The notes below the pieces were generated by a model. That model was given only the letters and a program-made list of their open reading frames with translations. It had not been told where the DNA came from and searched no databases. From Marsupella aquatica (lineage: Eukaryota; Plantae; Marchantiophyta): a stretch of DNA of 64,000 nt. The position numbers and the translations under genes are program-made. Every line of letters starts with the position of its first letter. The stretch's first letter is position 1. Shown in pieces: positions 63,653-64,000 of this stretch. The DNA lies in assembly GCA_973895155.1 (NCBI GenBank), contig OZ316893.1:9363839-9427838 (forward strand), given 5' to 3'.

Positions 63653-64000
63653 TTAAGTGTTGCTTTCGTTGTGACGTCCTCTATTCACGTCCTTTGATGA
63701 GCAAGGCGAGCAGGAGGTTGACTTGCCTCACCAACAACAACCAACCTAAACTAATCAGTTCCCACTCACTGTCTTGGTTCCAACTACAGGTCATAGTATA
63801 CACATAGCATGAAACGTGCATAGTACATATTTGATTCTGAGTTTATGAGTTTCCTAAGACAAAGAGCTTGGTGATAAACCCATGTTCTCGACGGACATGT
63901 ATATCAATCATATTAAAATCCTGTTTTTTCATCCAGAAGGACCGAAAGTCTCACCTTGCAGGTTGCAGTAGAGAGAAAATTCACTGGCTATCGTGTTGTG

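Larger units (their letters stand above)
50794..64000 (-). mobile_element. CACTA-B (En/Spm) element over 13 kb, other end outside the window
   Basis: Terminus cactagaagaa at 50794 exactly where the CACTA-A frame breaks; subterminal gtgac/gtcac repeats at 50830-51150; TnpD and TnpA genes inside. Right-hand extent is inferred. Confidence 0.85.

Overview
Repeat-rich land-plant nuclear DNA (GT-AG introns, LTR and CACTA elements; probably non-seed-plant, which is an inference). It has two host genes on the minus strand: an 8-exon PCF11/PCFS4-type polyadenylation factor (11602-18832) and a 2-exon TCAIM/DUF4460-like J-domain-related protein (33273-35262). The rest is nested transposons: a gypsy remnant whose integrase ends in a PHD finger, two halves of related copia elements, MITE/foldback repeats, and a CACTA nest from about 43.7 kb to the window end. 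The standout is a large CACTA element starting with CACTAGAAGAA at 50794. Upstream of its apparently intact TnpD and TnpA genes it carries a co-oriented cassette of open ORFs: a stand-alone EDM2-type PHD module, a tandem-BRCT protein, an F-box-like protein and a Cys/His-rich protein. This may be a transposon-encoded chromatin-reading or anti-silencing system. A small CACTA-like unit with another BRCT ORF and a 3.85-kb ORF-bearing solo-LTR-like insert with an exact TSD lie next to it. All family calls come from motif recognition by eye, not database searches.
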